A model generated the notes under the pieces. It was not told the DNA's origin, made no database searches, and was given only the letters and a program-made list of their open reading frames with translations. Positions 30,456 through 44,700 of a DNA stretch of 64,000 nucleotides are shown here, in pieces. The DNA is from Selaginella moellendorffii (taxonomy: Eukaryota > Plantae > Lycopodiophyta), in the NCBI RefSeq assembly GCF_000143415.4, contig NW_003314312.1:735510-799509 (forward strand), written 5' to 3'. Both the position numbers and the translations under genes were made by a program. The stretch's first letter is position 1. The number at the start of each line of letters is the position of its first letter.

Positions 30456-32646
30456 ATGGCAGCAGCGACTTTGCTCGAGGCAATTCGAATCGTGGACAAG
30501 CTTTGCACAATATCCACTTCCAGCAAGGTCTGTAGAAACCAACATAGGATCCTCATCGCGGCGGTCGGCTATGTCCGAGACTACCTCAAGCAAATCCAGG
30601 ATCTCAACTTCGCGAGCAACGGGCCAGCCTTCGTGTGGGACGAAACCGTGGCTGTCCTTAACAGAGGTCTCCATCTCCTCAAGTCGTGCCAAGAAGGCAA
30701 TTGGATCACGCGGAGCCTGCTGTTCGAGGAAAGCTGCAATGAGTTTCAGAGCATTTATCCCGAGATCTACAACTGCGTCGAGCTCATCAGCGTCTATCTC
30801 TTTCAGCTGGCACCGTCCACCTCGCACAGATCCAGGATTGCCGAGGCTTACAACTCGTGCCTCATGAGGCAGAACTCGAGCAGCATACTGGAAGAAGCCG
30901 AAAGGAACGATCGGAAGGAGCTCATGACTCTCGCAATGAGCCAAGAGCCGGGAAGCCTGACGACTGAGACAGAACGAGCCAAAGAGATACTCTGCTCCAT
31001 GCTCCTGGGAAACAAGTCAGTGATTAACCACAAGGAACTCAAGCTGACAACACACCTGGGACAAGGAGCTTACGAAACCGTGTACGAAGCAATCTGGCTC
31101 GGTCACAAGTTTGCAGTGAAAGTCTTCCCTCAAGGTGACACCAGCTTCGCCAAAGAGCTCGCGGTTCTTGAAGCGGACAAGCATCCCAACGTGTTGCACA
31201 TCGCCGGCCATTGTTTCGATGAAGAGAAGCAGCGGTACTCGCTGGTGATGGAGAAGATGGAGATGGACCTGGCAAACTACCTCCTCAAGAAGAAGAACTC
31301 TCTCCCGTTGCTGTCGATCGTGGCAGTGATGCTCCAAGTTGCTACTGGCATGGCCTGGCTTCACTCGAAGAATATAATCCACCGGGACCTCAAGCCGCAG
31401 AACATCTTGGTTGGCGAAGAAGACAACGATCTCGTGAGTATCAGGATTGCCGACTTTGGAGTCTCGAGGCCAAACTTCATCTCCTCCCAGATCGAAGCCG
31501 TTAGCATCCAAGGCACCAGGAACTTCATGGCACCGGAAGTGTGGAGCGGCGAGCGCTACACGAAAAAGGCCGACGTTTACAGGTACGGGATGCTGATTTA
31601 CCAGCTTGTCACTGGAAACGTTCCGTTCGAGGACGGGATGGACATGGAGCAAGTCCTTCGAGGCGAGCGTCCTGAGGTACCAGCAACCTGTCCAGAGTTT
31701 CTGTCGCAGCTCATGCGGGAATGCTGGAGCCACGATGCAAAAGAGAGGCCTTCCTTCTCGGATATCTGCGAGCGGCTGAAGCAGCTCAAGACCAGGATCA
31801 TCACTGGCACCGACTCCATCGACGAGTTACGAGCCAAGTTGGTTGCAGCAGCCAGGTCATCTTCCTCTTCTTCGTACTCGTCGTCTTCCTCGTCCTCGTC
31901 GCACAGCAGGACTCGAGTGAACCTGGATTCTCCTGTCCAAGCACCTGAAGGGCTTTCAACCCAAAATCCTCCATCTCCCGTTGTCCAGGTAAACTCTTTT
32001 GGTTTTAGTAACTCCACCTTTAGTTTCAGCCGGCACCACACCGTCCTCAGCACGTCGCACCAGCAGCAAAGCCGGATAACAGGGCCGAGCTCTTCGAACT
32101 GGTGAAGAACGGCCTCGTCAAAAACGCCTTTGAGAAAGCTCTGTCCCTGAACGATCCTTCCACGGTCTGGTGGCTTTGCACCAAGGTAATCCATTCACGT
32201 TCTCCAGCTGCTCATCAAACCTTTGTCAGCTCAGGTGGAGCAAAGCGTCCTGCTCCTCTTCAGTGAATCAATGCTCATGGAAGTGGCCGAGCAAATCAAC
32301 ACCAACTTCAAGGAAGACACTGCTCCCAGGTTGCTCTGGATCGAGGATATCCTGGACATCTTGCTGTTCGTCGACAATGTCAATGGACAGACATCACCTC
32401 GGATGCAGAGGATCTTGGAGAAGCTTTCACAGAACCTCCACGGCATGATGGCTATAACACCGCCAAACAACGAGCTGGGGATGAAGCTGGCGAAAGCGCT
32501 GGAAGATACCAACATGGGTCTTCATGTACGTATGAAACTCTTCGTGTTATTCGTTTGATTCAAATCGTTTGTCGTCGCAGCATATCCGAGTTGAGAACAG
32601 CAAAGCTGAGAAGAAAGGGAAAAGAAAACAGGGACTTATGATGTGA
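30456..32646 (+). CDS. Array copy K3 (subtype A), open reading frame with G-loop and subdomain IX substitutions
   Basis: Same four-exon layout as K1, with a 41-nt intron 1 (31989-32029). GQGAYETVY and DVYRYG deviate from consensus. Confidence 0.75.
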
Positions 32647-32855
32647 AATAAAACAGCTATATATTTCCAGCAGAACACTGGTAGTTTGTGAGTATTGAGA
32701 TCTAATTTTCTGCCTGCCAAAAGTATCAACCATGATTCACGAAAGAACCATAAAGAACTTACCAATTCCCATTCGTAACTTCGTCTCATCCTGCCGGGGA
32801 AAATGTGAAGGAAACTTACGAGATAAATATCAAAGCACAAAGGTTTCACCATTCT

Positions 32856-33500
32856 TTAGTTCTTAAACTCGAGTAGACGGTGAAGATCCCAACCTTTTCG
32901 ATCTAGCAGCAGCAGTAGCAGCCTTGGCAGCTTCCGCCGCAGCGCAGACACCAGTAGTTCTCGTAGGATCATCGCTCTCCGCTCAAAGAACGATTTTGCC
33001 GCTTTCAACTTCTCGGGATCCCCATACTTGTATGGCTTGTAGACGATCCCGGCAGCTAGCCGTTGCTTCTTGAGCTTGGCTGGACGAACGTACGCATCGC
33101 CCAGCTTGGCCTTCAAGCGCTTCTGGATCACTCTCCTCCGGTACACTTGCGGCTCGGGAATCTTGGGATCGGCGAGCGGCAGGCGATCCGGAGGAGGCAC
33201 AGCAACCCACCTGAAAATCCGATCGTTCGCGTGACCACCACCACCGCCTCCCGCTTTGTTGCGCTTGCCCGGATTCTTGGAGCCGGCGCCCTCGCCGTGC
33301 AAGCACTGCGTGTGGACGAGGAATTTGCTCCGGAGCCACACGAGCAAGCGCCTGCTCTTGATCCCTTCCTTCGCGTGAGATTGCGCGATCCAATCGGGCC
33401 ATAGGTGCGAACATTCTGCGTCGGCAGATCCTTGGGGCTCTTCTTGGCGTAGACCTCGTGGATGTAGAGGCGCAACGAGCGAGCTCCACTTCAAGAACCC
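32856..33500 (-). pseudogene. Degenerate copy of the mL80-like gene
   Basis: Colinear with 58589-59314 but carries several deletions and frameshifts and has no start. Confidence 0.85.
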
Positions 33501-33943
33501 TATCGAAATATCGATTGCAGAACAGAATCGAACTAGAACAAGAACAGCATGATCCATTTCTAGTCTCTCGTAAGTCCACGATTGACGAGGTCGAGCGCGC
33601 AACCTGTGCTCGCTGCGCCAAGAAGAATCCGAAAGACAAGCCAAAGTTTCTGGACAGGCGCTCAAGACGTTACGTGCAAACCACTGGTGGGGATGCAGGA
33701 TACTGTCGTCAAACGCTATGCTACCGGGATGCGAGAGTGAACTAGCAGGGCGGAAACTAGGGTATCCTGGCCGTCCAATCCTAAACAACCTGTTTGGAGT
33801 ACTGAAACAAGAAAAGCCATTAACCTGATTAAAGTATCCCAGACAAGACTTAGGACTTAGAATATTCAAAAAGAAAAGTCAACGGTAGACTTTTCCCACT
33901 CTGCAAAGAAATGGAGCGGCGCTAGTGGTGATCACCAACGAGC

Positions 33944-36177
33944 ATGGCAGCAGCGACTTTGCTCGAGGCGATTCGAATCGCGGACAAGGTTGGCACAAGA
34001 TCCACGAACACAAACTCGAGCAAGGTCTGTAGAAACCAATGTAGGATCCTCATCGCAGCGGTCGGCTATGTCCGAGACTACCTCAAGCAAATCCAGGATC
34101 TCAACTTCGCGAGCAACGGGCCAGCCTTCGTGTGGGACGAAACCGTGGCTGTCCTTAACAGAGGCCTCCATCTCCTCAAGTCATGCCAAGAGGGCGATTG
34201 GATCGCCCGGAGCCTGCTGTTCGAGGAAAGCTGCGATGAGTTCCAGGGCATTTACCACGAGATCTACAACTGCGTCGAGCTCGTCAGCGTCTATCTCTTT
34301 CAGCTGACACCGTCCACCTCGCACAGATCCAGGATTGCCGAGGCTTACAACTCGTGCCTCATGAGGCAAAACTCGAGCAGCATGCTGGAAGAAGCCGGAA
34401 GGAACGATCGGAAGGAGCTCATGACTCTCGCAATGAACCAAGAACCAGGAAGCCTGACGACCGAGACAGAACGAGCCAAAGAGATACACTGCTCCATGCT
34501 CCTGGGAAACAAGTCAGTGATCAACCACAAGGAACTCAAGCTGAGAACACACCTGGGACAAGGAGCTTACGGAACCGTGTACGAAGCAATGTGGCTCGGT
34601 CACAAGTTCGCGGTGAAAGTCTTCGCTCAAGGTGACACCAGCTTCGCCAAAGAGCTCGCGGTTCTCGGAGCTCACAAGCATCCCAACGTGTTGCACATTG
34701 CCGGCCATTCTTTCGATGGAGAGAAGCGGCAGTACTCGCTGGTGATGGAGAAGATGGACATGGACCTGGCAAACTACCTCCTCAAGAAGAACTCCCTCTC
34801 GTTGCTGTCGATCGTGGCAGTGATGCTCCAAGTCGCTACTGGCATGGCTTGGCTTCACTTGAAGAACGTAATCCACCGGGACCTCAAGCCGCAGAACATC
34901 TTGGTTGGCGAAGAAGACAACGATCTCGTGAGTATCAGGATTGCCGACTTTGGAGTCTCGAGGCCCGATTTCATCTCCTCCCTCATCAGCGAAGCCACCC
35001 CCAAGCAAGGCACCAGAAACTTCATGGCACCAGAAGTGTGGACCAGCGAGCGCTACACGAAGAAGGCCGACGTTTACAGCTACGGGATGCTGAGCTACCA
35101 GCTTGTCACTGGAAACACTCCGTTCAAGGTCGGGATGGACATGGAGCAAGTCCTTCGAGGCGAGCGTCCTGAGATACCAGCCACCTGTCCAGAGTTCCTG
35201 TCGCAGCTCATGCGGGAATGCTGGAGCCACGATGCAAAAGAGAGGCCTTCCTTCTCCGATATCTGCAAGCGGCTGAAGCAGTTCAAGTCCAGGATCATCA
35301 CTGGCACCGACTCCATCGACGAGCTACGAGCCAAGTAGGTTGAAGCAGCCAGGTCATCTTCCTCTTCTTCGTACTCGTCGTCTTCCTTGTCCTCGTTGCA
35401 CAGCAGGACTCGAGTGAACCTGGATTCTCTTGTCCAAGCGACTGAGAAGCTCTGGACCCAAAATCCCCCGCCTTGTCGTGTCCAGGTAAACTCTTTTGCT
35501 TTATGTAACTTCTGGAGCTCACCACCTTTGGTTTCAGCCGGTACCACACCGTCCTCACCAGGTCGCACCATTACCAAAACCAGATCAAAGGACCGAGCTC
35601 TTCGAACTGGTAAAGAACGGCCTCATCATAAACGCCTTCGAGAAAGCTCTGTCCCTGAACGATCCTTCCACAGTCTGGTGGCTTTGCACCAAGGTAATCT
35701 GTTTACGCTCTCTGGCCGCTGATCACGCCCGTCCTTTGTCAACTCAGGTAGAGCATACCGTGCTGCTTGTCTTCAGTGAATCGATGCTCATGGCACTGGC
35801 CGAGAAAATCAACACCAACTTCACGGAAGACACTGCTCGCAGGCTGGTCTGGATCGACGAGATTGGCGTCTTGCTGTTGAAAGACGTCAATGGATGGGCA
35901 TCACCTCGGAAGATGAGGATCCTGGAGCAGCTTTCACAGAACCTCCACGGTATGATGGCCATAACACCACCAAAGAGTGAGCTGGGCATGACCTTGACGA
36001 ACATGCTGGAAGGCACCAACGTGTGGCTGCAGGTTCGTACATATGAAGCTCTTCGTTTCTTTCGTTTCCATCTCCTTGATTCACATCGTTTTGTTGCAGC
36101 GTATCCGGGTTGCTGTGGAAAACAAAGTTCGATACATGAGCATCGTTGGCGGATATTTTCCAGCGGAATACCGGTAG
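33944..36177 (+). pseudogene. Array copy K4 (subtype B) with a premature stop right after the kinase domain
   Basis: TTG>TAG at 35336-35338 gives a 464-aa N-domain+kinase ORF. The downstream exons are still open. Confidence 0.8.
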
Positions 36178-36829
36178 TTTCTGGATGTTGATGTCCTGGC
36201 ATAAAACATGCTTCACCTTACCCTGGCCAGCAAAACTTACGAGGAAAAGAATGAGCTCACCTGTTTTCTACAGCCGTGACCTTTGGCAAGCTGAAGACCT
36301 TGCTCCCCAACTGAAATCGCTTGCTCGCTCGCCTAAACCCTAATTTCGCTCAGTTAATGATCGATTCCAGCCTGGATTTGAATTGAAAGGGTTGCGGCAC
36401 TGCTTGCTGCCGCTGGAGACGATCTGATGTCCCTGCTGCTACAAGGGAAGGCTTCCTTGGGCTGGAGATTTGCTGATGCTGCCAAGAGGCCTCTCTTCTT
36501 GCTGGGCACTAGGCGTGGAATTGCTGTGCGAAAGGGCCTTGAGGCTGATGGAGAGATCACATTCGAGTGGGGGAGATGGAGCTGGTTCCTGACGGGTCCT
36601 GATACAAGCTGGGGTGTGTGCAAGCTTGGGTACCATGCTGCTGCTGCTGTTCAACACCACAAGATGCTGATTTCATGAGCTCAGCTTTTCTGGCTGAGTG
36701 GGGGAGTGAGATAGGGTTCCCAGTGGTTTAGCATTAGTTTCTTTTTTTTTTAGCCTTCGCATACTGATCTCGGAGCAATAGAGTTTTTTTCTTTTCTTCC
36801 TTAGTTTTCAACATGGACAACACAAGTAG

Positions 36830-37587
36830 CCTGTGAATTAATGAGGTACAATAGAAGAGGATCTAGCCCAGCTTGATTAGGAATTTCCACTGTTGGAGCT
36901 TACATGATCTCTTTTTGTTGAAGACATGAAATGCTGAATTAAGCCATACTGACAGTATGTATAGAATCTGGCCACCTGCAACATATGTCAATAAGCCACT
37001 TTCTACTGGTGATGATTACTTACATAACAAAGCTAAATCAATGGTGCTTGACATACACCCCAGGATCTTCATCTTGCTCCATGATCTCAAGTACAACATT
37101 TGGAAGCTTGCATGTGAGGAAACCCTGGATAACCACAGCGAAATCTTCCAAGAACTTGATAAGTCTTCAAGAGTATCAACGATTGCCTTACAAGTCTCAT
37201 TCCTAGTCACAGTACTTTCGCTGATTCTGTAGAGCTCTAAGAGTGTGATATACTTCTGCTCCGTTTCATAGCTTGTACAAAGTACAAGCAACCCAGATTT
37301 GCACAAAAACTGCTCTACGATAGCTGGTATCTTGCTTTCGAATGTGATGGTGTAGGAGATGCACAATACTATTAAATGTTGTCTTTCATGGGCTTGATAT
37401 CTAGCCTGAATAAAGAACTTGCTCTAGCTCGTCAAACATTTCTTGCATGATCCTCATTTGTAGTTTCTCTGGGATCAAAGCTTGCTTCCCAGCCTCATCA
37501 AGGTTGCACATCAGTTACTCTTGTTATATTTTTCTACTCTACTGTGAGAAGCTTCACTAAGATGCACTCCCACTTCTTGGCTATCGA
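36830..37587 (-). mobile_element. PIF/Harbinger remnant, deleted copy of ~53030-54420, ending at an assembly gap
   Basis: Reverse strand encodes ...IDICCRWPDSIH (WPGSxHD-like) and is homologous to the 53 kb copy. Confidence 0.6.
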
Positions 37588-37687
37588 NNNNNNNNNNNNN
37601 NNNNNNNNNNNNNNNNNNNNNNNNNNNNNNNNNNNNNNNNNNNNNNNNNNNNNNNNNNNNNNNNNNNNNNNNNNNNNNNNNNNNNNN

Positions 37688-39840
37688 ACTCCACCAATAG
37701 AGGTTTACGACACCCAACACCACTAACTTTTGTTCACAACACGGACAAGCTCATGCCACTCTCTTTCCGACCAAACTCAACACTAATCCAACACCAAGCT
37801 ACTCAAGGAGCAATAGCAAGGTTCCCCGGAAAAGAATTGAGCATTGCAACCCAAGTCTTTCAATAGCGAGCCTAGACAAAATGGTTTAGTGTTTCACCAC
37901 TATCCATCCCATAACTCACCACTTGTAAGACCATCACTTCCAACATGCATCAAGGTAGGGACTCTTGATTGCATAATGTGAACACAAGCAATGAGTTAAC
38001 ACCTCATTGCAAATCATCTCTCCAAGAAGAGAAAATGATTTACGTATTTGATCCTCCGTCCTCGATGACTCTCTTTTCGGTCTCATCTTTGACCAAACCT
38101 CAAGCTTGCTTTCGCACTGCCTTCAGTTCAATCGAAGAAAAGTTTATGAGAGAGCACGGCAATGATTACTTGAACCAATAGACTATTCCCTACAGTCTTG
38201 ACTGATCCAATTATAATCATGCCTAGGAAGGATCCACTAGTGCCGTGCTAAACAGCTATGGACCAGCCTATTTGCCACTCATAGCAAACTCAGGGAAAGT
38301 TTACTTTCACCCACGGTACATGGAACAACTCATGGAACCACTGGAACCATCGATAGGCTTACATTAATCCTGCCAACTTAAAGTGTAACCTCAAGTTGCT
38401 AATGCGCCTCACTCACGAGCCCAAGCTCAAACTCGTGCAAATGGAACATCTCCAATCCATCCTATGAGCCCAAGCGCAAGCTCACATCATAAGGTACAAC
38501 AAGGTAACCCAAAACCTATCCCAAGGAACCAATGCGAAGTCTTTGCACCAAAACGTGTACCCACTCGGATCATCGTTTTCATCTCTGCGTATGCAACGAG
38601 ACTAGTTGCCCAATCTCATTGAATAGTACTCGCTGAGACTCATCCTCTGATACCAAATGTAGCGCACGTGGTTTTGACCCTTTATCCTATGGTGATTTAC
38701 CATAGGATAACACCACAAAGCGGAACCTAAACCCTCTTTGTGCCACGTGACAGATGCCACGTGTCACATGCCACGTGTCCATGCCACGTGTCCATAGAAA
38801 CCCGAGGTTCAGGGCCTTGGGCCACTGAACGAAGGAACGGTGCCAAACTCCCAAGCGTGGAGCCAAGGAGTGATGGAACCGGACCACGGAGCAACTCCCG
38901 AGCATACAGCCCAAGGAGCGAAGGGACAGGAGCCCGGAGCGACTTGGAACAGTCCTAGAGCAACCAGCATCCCAATGCCAGGACCAGCACGCAAAACGGA
39001 GCCAAACAGAGTCTGGCGCTATTTCGGCATACCGGTGGCCTAACGCGAGGATATGGGTACTCCACCAACTAGCATGGAATGGAACTTGGGCTTAGACCCA
39101 AGCCGGACGCAGAACAAGGACAGGCACGCAAGCGGGAGCTAGACTATGCCTCAGGTTGGTCGGCCATGCCCGACCTACCCACTATCCCTACTATACATTT
39201 GGAACCCCCCACAGCCCCCCCCCCTTGAGGAACACACGCTTTGGGCTTTCACCCCAAGCCTCCCTTAGTATCAGGAGTTAGTCTCTGGGACAAACTCGAA
39301 ACTTACTAAATATGGAATGTCCTTAGATTGCGAATTTGGACACGGGACAAACACCATTGTGTTCAGGCCGATCTCTACATTCTGTAGATATGCCAAATGA
39401 GCAAATCTGGACACTTTCCATAAATAGCATTTGGGACCGAAATGAGACTAACACAAAGGGCATGATAGCAAGGGTGTTTGGCAGACACGGTAAGCTATCA
39501 TCTAGCGATGTTGAGGGACCAATCTCAATATCGCGGGGGTTCTTGATACTAGCAAGTGCAAGCCAATGACACAAGTTTCTCAAACCAGGCCGAGTATGCT
39601 CAGCAAGAAACACATAGGGTTCCTACCTTATGTTTATCCAATCTAAGTGCATGTTCATTGACCAGTTTCTCAACTAGTTCAAGTGGGAACTGATAACGGG
39701 TCCAGCAATACCGACCTCCTGCCATCGTGGCAGTAAGGTAAGAGTGTCCGTAAGGACTGGCCGACAGGTAACTTTCGATACCTGAAGTCACATTCGCGAC
39801 AATGAGACTCAAGCTCTAAATCTTACTTTTCACGTCATAC
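37688..39840 (-). mobile_element. Partial LTR retrotransposon: 5' LTR, PBS and start of internal region
   Basis: CTCTGATACCA at 38645-38655 is the reverse complement of a tRNA-iMet PBS and abuts TG at 38658. The outer LTR end (~39840) is only estimated. Confidence 0.55.
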
Positions 39841-41737
39841 AATATAAAATTGTGTTCTAGGCTCCATTGCCCCACTATATAAGTTCTAAAAGAGTTAGCA
39901 AACAAATTCTAACACATTGAATTGAATCCTTACATTTCAATGGCAATCATTACACCATTTGTAGTGATGAAAACTCTAACTAGTGCATGTTTTTAAAGTG
40001 TTGGTGCAATTTCTTTTAATATCTCCATTTCAATAGGATCCTCCACCAGTGGTGTTTTTATGTGATTTGTAGTGGAGTTGATTCTTCCACAATTTGTAAA
40101 GGACCAAGATCTTGTTGAAAAAATGCATATGTTTTGTGGATCTGGGGAATAGAATATAATATGGTCCTCGATATTGAAGCCATATGTACATGAATAACAT
40201 GCCCATTCTAAGCCTAAAAATTCACAATACCCACCTCAATAGAGCATGAATGTTTCTCTTAGGAAACAAAAATAATAACAAATGTGTCAATAGGTAGAAA
40301 TTTATTATGCCACCCACAAATTAGTATTCCCGTACATGAATTAGAACCATGCATGGTTGATCTATAAATATTGCCTCTAAATCTCCATTTACACTTTGCA
40401 TAAAACACAGGTTCATATTGTTTACTATATATTTTAAAGCTTATCAGCAAAAGACTAGCTTGAAAGTATGTTTGCGTGAGTGTGGTCATGTATATGTATA
40501 GGTTGAGCAAATTCAGCAAAGTGGAGGGCATCACCCATATGCCCCCTTCCACGTCATATAAACACATGCATAATTGACACATAAAGAATCATTACAACCA
40601 CTTGTGTATAACTATAACATTCCAATGCCCCACAATTATGCTCACTGCAATGAGCATAAAACTTATACCAATGAAAAAAGCTAAATAAATGAAAAATTAC
40701 CCCACACAATAACTATCTCTATGTATTGCAATATGCCCAAGAAAAGAAACAAAAAGCCTTGACCAACAATCTAATATAAACTCCAACCTTAAGTCCACAA
40801 TCAATGCAAGAACAATGCCTATATCACGTGGGAATAGCACAATATGCCCAAAACACAAAGGAACGAGAGTTACAAGTATTTGCAATCTCACTTAACCTTG
40901 ATCAATATATGCTAATCTTCAAGTGCCAACATCACTCCTAAATAGCACACATGAAAGAATGGAAGTCATAACTGCTTGCATACAAAGACCTCTCACCCAA
41001 ACCCTAATCAATGCATGCTCCTACTCTTCATCACACCCACCAATATGTAAAATTTGCTTTTGAAGCATATCATGCCCACATCACACCTAAGATTGTGGGA
41101 AAGCTGTTGTTCTTGGCTGGATATAAAGGAAGTGCAATACTAAAGACAAAAAAAACTTCACTAGATTTTTTGTGATGTCTATGTGGCAGGTTTAAATGGC
41201 ATACAAATCACATTTTAATCATATAAAATGATGTACTTTAAATTCTGTTGATTCCATATCATCATATTTTCTTGTAGTGTTAGTGATATAAAAAACATAT
41301 TTAACTTTACTTTTACTACATAGGCCTTGCAAAACACCTCTGATATCTTGGATCAAACTTCCATGCTTAGTCACCTAAAACAGTACTTTTAGAAGTTCAG
41401 ACTCTTAAACAACTTTAAGTAGCCTTTTATGGTCTTATTAAACGTATTATTCCCCAGGAGTAATGGATATTTCTGCACACCCACATTGGCAAGTTGCATC
41501 AAACACAATCACTTAGCAAGTTGGCCTCAAACACAATCACGTTTCCCCAATAACTAGCACAACTCCACCAAAAAAATATCAATAGCATTACCCCTTGATC
41601 TTGCCACTATGGAGAACAAAACGTGCCATGATACTAGTTTATATTTTCGAAGCGCAACTACACATGAAATTCGAAAAGTCAACAATCATTTTCCAGGATA
41701 TAGCTTTCTAACATCAATCGGCGCTGGTGGTGATTGC

Positions 41738-44700
41738 ATGGCAGCAAAAAGTTTGGCCGAGGCAATTCGAATCTCGGACAAAGTTGCCGCAAGGTCCACG
41801 AACACAAACTCGAGCAAGGTCTGTAGGAACCAATGTAGGATCTTCTTAGCAGCGGTCGACCATGTCGGAGACTACCTCAAGCGAATCCAGGATCTCAACT
41901 TCGCGAGCACTGGGACAGCTTTCGTGTGGGACGAAACCGTGGCTGTCCTTAAGAGAGGCCTCCATCTCCTCAAGTCGTGCCAAGAAGGCAATTGGATCGC
42001 GCGGAGCCTGCTGTTCAAGGAAAGCTGCGATGAGTTCCAGAGCATTTATACCGTCCACCTCGGTAAGATCCAAGATTGCCGAAGCTTACAACTCGTGCCT
42101 CATGAGGCAAAACTCGAACAGCATGCTGGAAGAAGCCGGAAGGAATGACAGGAAGGCGCTCATGGCTCTCGCAATGAGCCAAGAGCCGGGAAGCCTGACG
42201 ACCGAGAGCGAGCAAGCCAAAGAGATACTTTGCTCCATGCTCCTGGGAAACAAGTCAGTGATTAACCACAAGGAACTCAAGCTGACAACACACCTGGGAC
42301 AAGGCGGTTTCGGAACCGTGTACGAAGCAATCTGGCTCGGTCACAAGTTTGCAGTGAAAGTCTTCCCTCAAGGTGACAAGAGCTTCGCCAAAGAGCTCGC
42401 GGTTCTCGAAGCGGACAAGCATCCCAACGTGTTGCACATCGCCGGTCATTCTTTCGATGAAGAGAAGCAGCGGTACTCGCTGGTGATGGAGAAGATGGAC
42501 ATGGACCTGGCAAACTACGTCCTCAAGAAGAACTCTCTCCCGTTGCTGTCGATCGTGGCAGTGATGCTCCAAGTTGCTACTGGCATGGCGTGGCTTCACT
42601 CGAAGAATATAATCCACCGGGACCTCAAGCCGCAGAACATCTTGGTTGGCGAAGAAGACAACGATCTCGTGAGTATCAGGATTGCCGACTTTGGAGTCTC
42701 GAGGCCAAACTTCATCTCCTCCCAGATCGAAGCCGTTAGCATCCAAGGCACCAGGAACTTCATGGCACCGGAGGCGTGGAGCAGCGAGCGCTACACGAAA
42801 AAGGCCGACGTTTACAGCTACGGGATGCTGATTTACCAGCTTGTCACTGGAAACGTTCCGTTCGAGGACGGGATGGACATGGAGCAAGTCCTTCGAGGCA
42901 AGCGTCCTGAGATACCAGCCACCTGTCCAGAGTTCCTGTCGCAGCTCATGCGGGAATGCTGGAGCCACGATGCGAAAGAGAGGCCTTCCTTCTCGGATAT
43001 CTGCGAGCGGCTGAAGCAGCTCAAGACCAGGATCATCACTGGCATCGAGTCCATCGACGAGTTACGGGTCAAGTTGGTTGAAGTAGCCGGGTCGTCTTCC
43101 TCTTCTTCGTACTCGTCGTCTTCCTCATCCTCGTCGCACAGCAGGACTCGAGTGAACCTGGATTCTCTTGTCCAAGCGACTGAAGGGCTTTGGACCAAAA
43201 ATCCTCCATCTCCCCTTGTACAGGTAAACTCTTTTGTTTTTAGTAACTTCCGGTGCTCATCGTGTTTAGTTTCAGCCGGTACCACACCGTCCTCAGCACT
43301 TCGCACCAGTAGCAAAACCGGATAACAGGACCGAGCTCTTCGAACTGGTGAAGAACGGCCTCGTCAGAAACGCCTTCGAGAAAGCTCTGTCCCTGAACGA
43401 TCCTTCCATGGTCTGGTGGCTTTGCACCAAGGTAATCCATTCACGTCCTCCAGCTGCTCATCAAAGCTTTGTCAGCTCAGGTGGAGCATACCGTCCTGCT
43501 TGTCTTCAGTGAATCAATGCTCATGGAACTGGCCGAGCAAATCAACACCAACTTCAAGGAAGACACTGCTCGCAGGTTGCTCTGGATCGACGAGATTGGC
43601 ATCTTGCTGTTCAAAGACGTCAATGGACAGGCATGGTCATCACCTCGGGTGCTGAGGATCTTGGAGCAGCTTTCACAGAACTTCCACGGCATGATGGCTA
43701 TAACACCGCCAAAGAGCGAGCTGGGGATGAAGCTGGTGAACATGCTGGGTGGCACCAACATGGGTCTCCAGGTTCGTATGAAGCTCTTCGTGTTATTCAT
43801 TTGATTCAAATCGTTTGTTGTCGCAGCATATCTGTTAGGCACCAGCTTTGACTACGTGGTCAACATCGGTCAAAGGGTATATGAAGGCATGTTAGGGTAA
43901 GGGACTTAACTTACCCTAGGGCTCACAGTGGAGTGGTGGTGCAGTGGAACTTTTGAGGTAGCTCAGGGGTGGTTGGGTGGTGAGGAACCTCAAGAGGTGG
44001 CATAGCATAATCTAGGGCAACTAGATTTTTGTCTTTTTGCGCCGGATCATAACATTGGTATCAGAGAAGTTGGTTGCGATGGCCGACCAAGCTGAACGCT
44101 GGAATCCTATTGTCGATGGTGGTGCCAACAATGGTGCTGACGAAGCTGCAGAGATTTAGACCATTCAAGATGTGGTTCATGAGCTGCGAGCCCTTAACCG
44201 AAATCAGTAAGAGATGCAAGATGAGATGCATGGCATGATGGATACCATGCGTGGGCGTGTTGAGGCACTCGAGGCTGGACGGGGTAGCGCTCCAAGTAAA
44301 CCTTCTTTGGTAGATCGACTCAAAATTCCAAATTTTTCCGGTGATGGTGGTGTGGACGAGTGTCTCGCTTGGCTAGCCAATGTGAAGAAGTTCTTGGCTG
44401 CTAGAGGAACTCCAGATGCAGAGGCTTTAGTGGCTATTCCGATGGTTTTGCGTGATGCGGGTTTTCGATGGTGGAATTGGCTTGAGGAGTCCCGTGTTGT
44501 GGATAAGAAACCACCAGTGTCTACCATGGATGAGTTTGAGGTTGCTTTTCATTTATGTTTTGCCCCTCATTACGACATGGAGAATGCTCGTACAGAACTT
44601 TGACATTTTCAGCAAAGGAAAATGATGCTCGGGGACTATATTGAGAAGCTTACTTGCTTGATTAGTCGTGTTCCAACGAAGGATCCAGATCAGAACAAGT

